Assembly: GCA_018818105.1 (NCBI GenBank)
Contig: JAHISK010000098.1
Coordinates: 1-63,069, forward strand
Length of the DNA stretch: 63,069 nucleotides
DNA from: Candidatus Omnitrophota bacterium
GTDB taxonomy: Bacteria; Omnitrophota; Gorgyraeia; Duberdicusellales; 4484-171
Reading direction: 5' to 3'
Position 1 is the stretch's first letter. Each line of letters opens with the position of its first letter. Positions 60,532 to 63,069 of this stretch are shown here, piece by piece. A model generated the notes under the pieces. The model ran no database searches. It was not told where the DNA came from and worked only from the letters and a program-made list of their open reading frames with translations. The position numbers were made by a program, and so were the translations under genes.

Positions 60532-60906
60532 TTAGGAATTAGTTTTATTATGTGCTATGGATGAGATGAATTCTTTAAGCTTTTCAAAATCTTCAGATAG
60601 AATTTGTTGAAATTCTATTCCCGTATCAAAAAGAAGCCGTCTTTGTAGAGAGTCGTTTTTTCTTACTCCTACCCAGATAATGCGTCCTTGACAAATTAGA
60701 GGTTCTTTTTTTATTCCGTATATAGTAAGAGTAATTAAGGTATTAGGTTTTAAAGCTTCAGAAATAGCGATTCTTAAGCCGCTGGCGCTGATATCTTCTG
60801 TATAGGTGGGAAATATTAAGTTTTGGAACGTACGTACAGATACCTCACATGAAAAGGTCACTCTTACGAATTTTCTTCGTTCTGAGGCATTCCAGATCAT
60901 TTTCAT
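60532..60906 (-). CDS. PilZ-domain protein
   Basis: ERRKFVRV ... TEDISASGLRI (RxxxR / DxSxxG). Confidence 0.8.
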   Translation of the reverse strand: MKMIWNASERRKFVRVTFSCEVSVRTFQNLIFPTYTEDISASGLRIAISEALKPNTLITLTIYGIKKEPLICQGRIIWVGVRKNDSLQRRLLFDTGIEFQQILSEDFEKLKEFISSIAHNKTNS

Positions 60907-61032
60907 CTCCCCTTGTATGTAACTTTACACTTAAATTGTAACATATAAATAAGGACTTTTCAACATTTTAATTTATAACATATTGTTACGTATGTATTTA
61001 TGAATAAACTTGTTTAGCCATGAAGTCTCTTT

Positions 61033-61081
61033 TTTCTGCTTTTCGTTTTTTGCTGAAAGCTGATAGTAGATAGCGGACAGC
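61033..61081 (+). repeat. NNNNNGC heptad array (7 units)
   Basis: TTTCTGC TTTTCGT TTTTTGC TGAAAGC TGATAGT AGATAGC GGACAGC. Confidence 0.8.
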
Positions 61082-61182
61082 TTTATTTAAGGTTTACCCA
61101 GTTGACCAATAAATAAGTGTTACCTAAGAAGATACTCAAAAATAGATTTAAGAATATATCTTTTTATGGTATTATAATTTTT

Positions 61183-62694
61183 ATGAAAGTACATTTAGCT
61201 GGTTATAACGTTGATACGGAAGTGTTAGATGAGATAGAGCAGAAATGTGGTAAGCGCAGCGATCTAACTCCTGAAGTAATTTCGGCGGCCTACGCGCGTA
61301 TAAGCAGGGATCCGCGGCCTATTAGTGAAATACGAAGAGATGCGCGGTCTGAGGTTGAGCGATCTAGAAAATCTAACTCAACGATTATATTTAAAATGGG
61401 GCATCATTCTGTCGCCGAACATGCGGTGTTTAACTTAGATATTTTGGGTGTTTCGCGGTTTGTAATAGAGGAGCTTGAGAAGTTTCGGTTGTGCTCTTAC
61501 ACAGAGAAATCTCAAAGATACATTACTCTCGATAAAGATTTTGTCATTCCAGAGGAAATTAAAGGGACAAGTTTACAGGGGTTGTTCCTAGATATGATTG
61601 GCCGTCAGAATGAAGCCTATTTTAAACTTTATGATAAGTTAAGAGATTATGTTTTTACCAAATATCATGAGCTTGCCCAAAATCCAAAAAAGCATAATCT
61701 TCTGGAAGGGTGGGCTAAGGAAGATGCCCGCTATGTTACTTCTTTAGCTACAGAATCACAAGTTGGTCAGACAATTAACGCCCGTAATTTAGAACTTCTG
61801 TTAAGACGGTTTGCTTCTCATCCTTTAACGGAAGTGAAAGAATTGGGCCGGGCGATTTATGCGCAGATAGCCTGCGTTGCGCCGTCGATAGTTCTTTTTA
61901 ATCAGGCTAATGATCGGGATATTAAGACGTATCCGGCGTTAAAAAAACTTGCCGCCGAATTTATAGAAAAAGATGAAGGTGTTTTTTTAAATAAGGATAA
62001 AGATATAGAGTTGGTTGAATACACCGAAGATGGGGATGATGTTATTTGCGCCGCATTATTACATACGTCTTCCAATTTACCTTATAAACAATGTATAGCG
62101 ATTATTAAGAAAATGCCTCATCGGGAGAAGATACGATTTTTTAACGCCACTTGGCAGAATATGCAGTTTTATGATTCTATGCTGCGTGAGTTTGAGTATG
62201 CTAACCTTACTTTTAGTGTTGTGTTGTCATCTGCAGCTTTTGGTCAGTTGAAACGGCACCGTATGTCAACTATTACCGCCCAGGAGTATCATCCTCGATT
62301 AGGAGTGACTATTCCTCAATCTATAAAAGAAATTGGTATGGATGATTATTTTATGGAAATAGTTAAAGCTACCAACGAAGTTTATCATAAAATTAATGAA
62401 GAAATCCCTCAGGTTGCTCCTTATGTTTTAACAAACGCTCATCGTAAACGTGTGTTGATACGCCTTAACGCCAGAGAACTTTACCATATATCACGGTTAA
62501 GAGAAGACGCTCACGCTCAATGGGATATTTCTAACATTTCTCGCGCCATGGTAGAAGAAGCCAAACAGGTTATGCCTTTAACATTCGCCTTAATTGGTGG
62601 AAAAGATAAATATAACGAAATCTACAAAAGTATCTACGGTCAGCCGCCGAAAGTAACAGAGGCTGTTTTACCCGGCGCGCGTAATATAAAGTAA
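61183..62694 (+). CDS. thyX: FAD-dependent thymidylate synthase, tandem double-domain form
   Basis: Two ThyX-like halves. The N-half has ...SYTEKSQRY and the C-half has KRHRMST. Start is MKVHLAGY (track start GTG 61117). Confidence 0.8.
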   Translation: MKVHLAGYNVDTEVLDEIEQKCGKRSDLTPEVISAAYARISRDPRPISEIRRDARSEVERSRKSNSTIIFKMGHHSVAEHAVFNLDILGVSRFVIEELEKFRLCSYTEKSQRYITLDKDFVIPEEIKGTSLQGLFLDMIGRQNEAYFKLYDKLRDYVFTKYHELAQNPKKHNLLEGWAKEDARYVTSLATESQVGQTINARNLELLLRRFASHPLTEVKELGRAIYAQIACVAPSIVLFNQANDRDIKTYPALKKLAAEFIEKDEGVFLNKDKDIELVEYTEDGDDVICAALLHTSSNLPYKQCIAIIKKMPHREKIRFFNATWQNMQFYDSMLREFEYANLTFSVVLSSAAFGQLKRHRMSTITAQEYHPRLGVTIPQSIKEIGMDDYFMEIVKATNEVYHKINEEIPQVAPYVLTNAHRKRVLIRLNARELYHISRLREDAHAQWDISNISRAMVEEAKQVMPLTFALIGGKDKYNEIYKSIYGQPPKVTEAVLPGARNIK

Positions 62695-63003
62695 AGGCAT
62701 GACTTATAATGCTTTTATCTTAGAGGTAAGTTCTCTCTTTCCTTTTTAAAAAATATCTTCCAGAGTTTTTATTTGCGCTTGATTTTAATATGGGTTTGAT
62801 ATAATGATATAATGAATTTGAGATAGTTTATTGTTCTGTGTAATCGAAAAATAAGGACAGTTTTTATTGATTTTTTTGATGATAGTTTTATAGGAGGAAG
62901 GGAAGGTGTAGTTAAGAGGAGTCTTAAATTTTTTTCTATTGGAAGACCAAAGAAAATATGAAAAAATGGTCGCTGTTCCTAATTTGCCTAAAAGGAGGCA
63001 TTC

Positions 63004-63069
63004 ATGGCTAAATTTATTAAAAAATTTTCTAAAACAATAGGTCTTGTTCCCGGAACTCTAGTCAGTGTA
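63004..63069 (+). CDS. corA: Probable CorA Mg2+ transporter, 5' fragment running off the window
   Basis: AAGGAGG RBS. MAKFIKKFSKTIGLVPGTLVSV resembles CorA N-termini (GLPPGTLVY). Only 22 codons are visible. Confidence 0.4.
   Translation, partial: MAKFIKKFSKTIGLVPGTLVSV

Noticed and set aside
62695-63003. An M-box Mg2+ riboswitch upstream of corA.
   Set aside because: No match to the conserved M-box segments as I remember them. This cannot be excluded without an Infernal scan.
1-63069. rRNA, tRNA, tmRNA, RNase P or SRP RNA genes, and transposase or integrase genes.
   Set aside because: No cloverleaf-like or conserved core sequences (for example GAGGAAAGTCC) were seen in any spacer. No ORF shows DDE, Y1, tyrosine-recombinase or serine-recombinase motifs. 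A tRNAscan/Infernal run would be needed for certainty.

Overview
This is an AT-rich bacterial chromosome segment (mid-30s % GC, judged by eye only). It almost certainly comes from a diderm, because it encodes MlaD, LptF/LptG, a secretin and a BamE-like lipoprotein. I cannot assign taxonomy from the sequence; an uncultivated lineage is only a guess. There are about 64 genes, nearly all on the + strand.

Gene layout:
- 0-17 kb: housekeeping genes in a Bacillus-like order (radA, PIN/TRAM, ispD, ispF, cysS, tmk, holB, ricT, metG, tatD ... mtnA, thiL, tsaE, tsaB, alr).
- 17-21.8 kb: a Fic cassette that left a relic alr 3' end behind, then a secreted GH-like/IPT protein and a lipoprotein.
- 21.9-33.1 kb: a complete T2SS-like locus (gspE F G H I J K L M C D). 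Its secretin appears to continue into a start-less TonB_C-like ORF through an A9 tract containing the dnaX-type A_AAA_AAG -1 slippery site.
- 33-36 kb (minus strand): lptG, lptF, comF.
- 36-42 kb: a sulfur/Fe-S island (nifS, nadA, nifU, thi4, mnmA, larE-like).
- 42-51 kb: an AbiEii-like/HTH pair, a lipoprotein + HExxH + ATP-grasp module, rlpA, a split metH, a DUF4258/DUF2283 pair and two small ORFs.
- 51-63 kb: ABC-F, CBS, glgP, a GGQ rescue-factor-like gene, dinB, PilZ, a double-length thyX and the start of corA.

I saw no rRNA, tRNA, CRISPR array, transposase or integrase.

The most unusual signal is in the non-coding DNA:
- Most spacers are built from degenerate 7-nt tandem arrays. Each spacer uses its own word, arrays are often phase-locked across a whole spacer, and they often occur as inverted pairs.
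- GTAG-headed GC-rich hairpins (REP-like) are frequent, and six of them supply the TAG stop of the upstream gene.
- A 124-132 bp MITE/BIME-like family occurs five times.
- One classical MITE has an 8-bp target-site duplication.

All functional calls come from reading the translations by eye. No database search was run.
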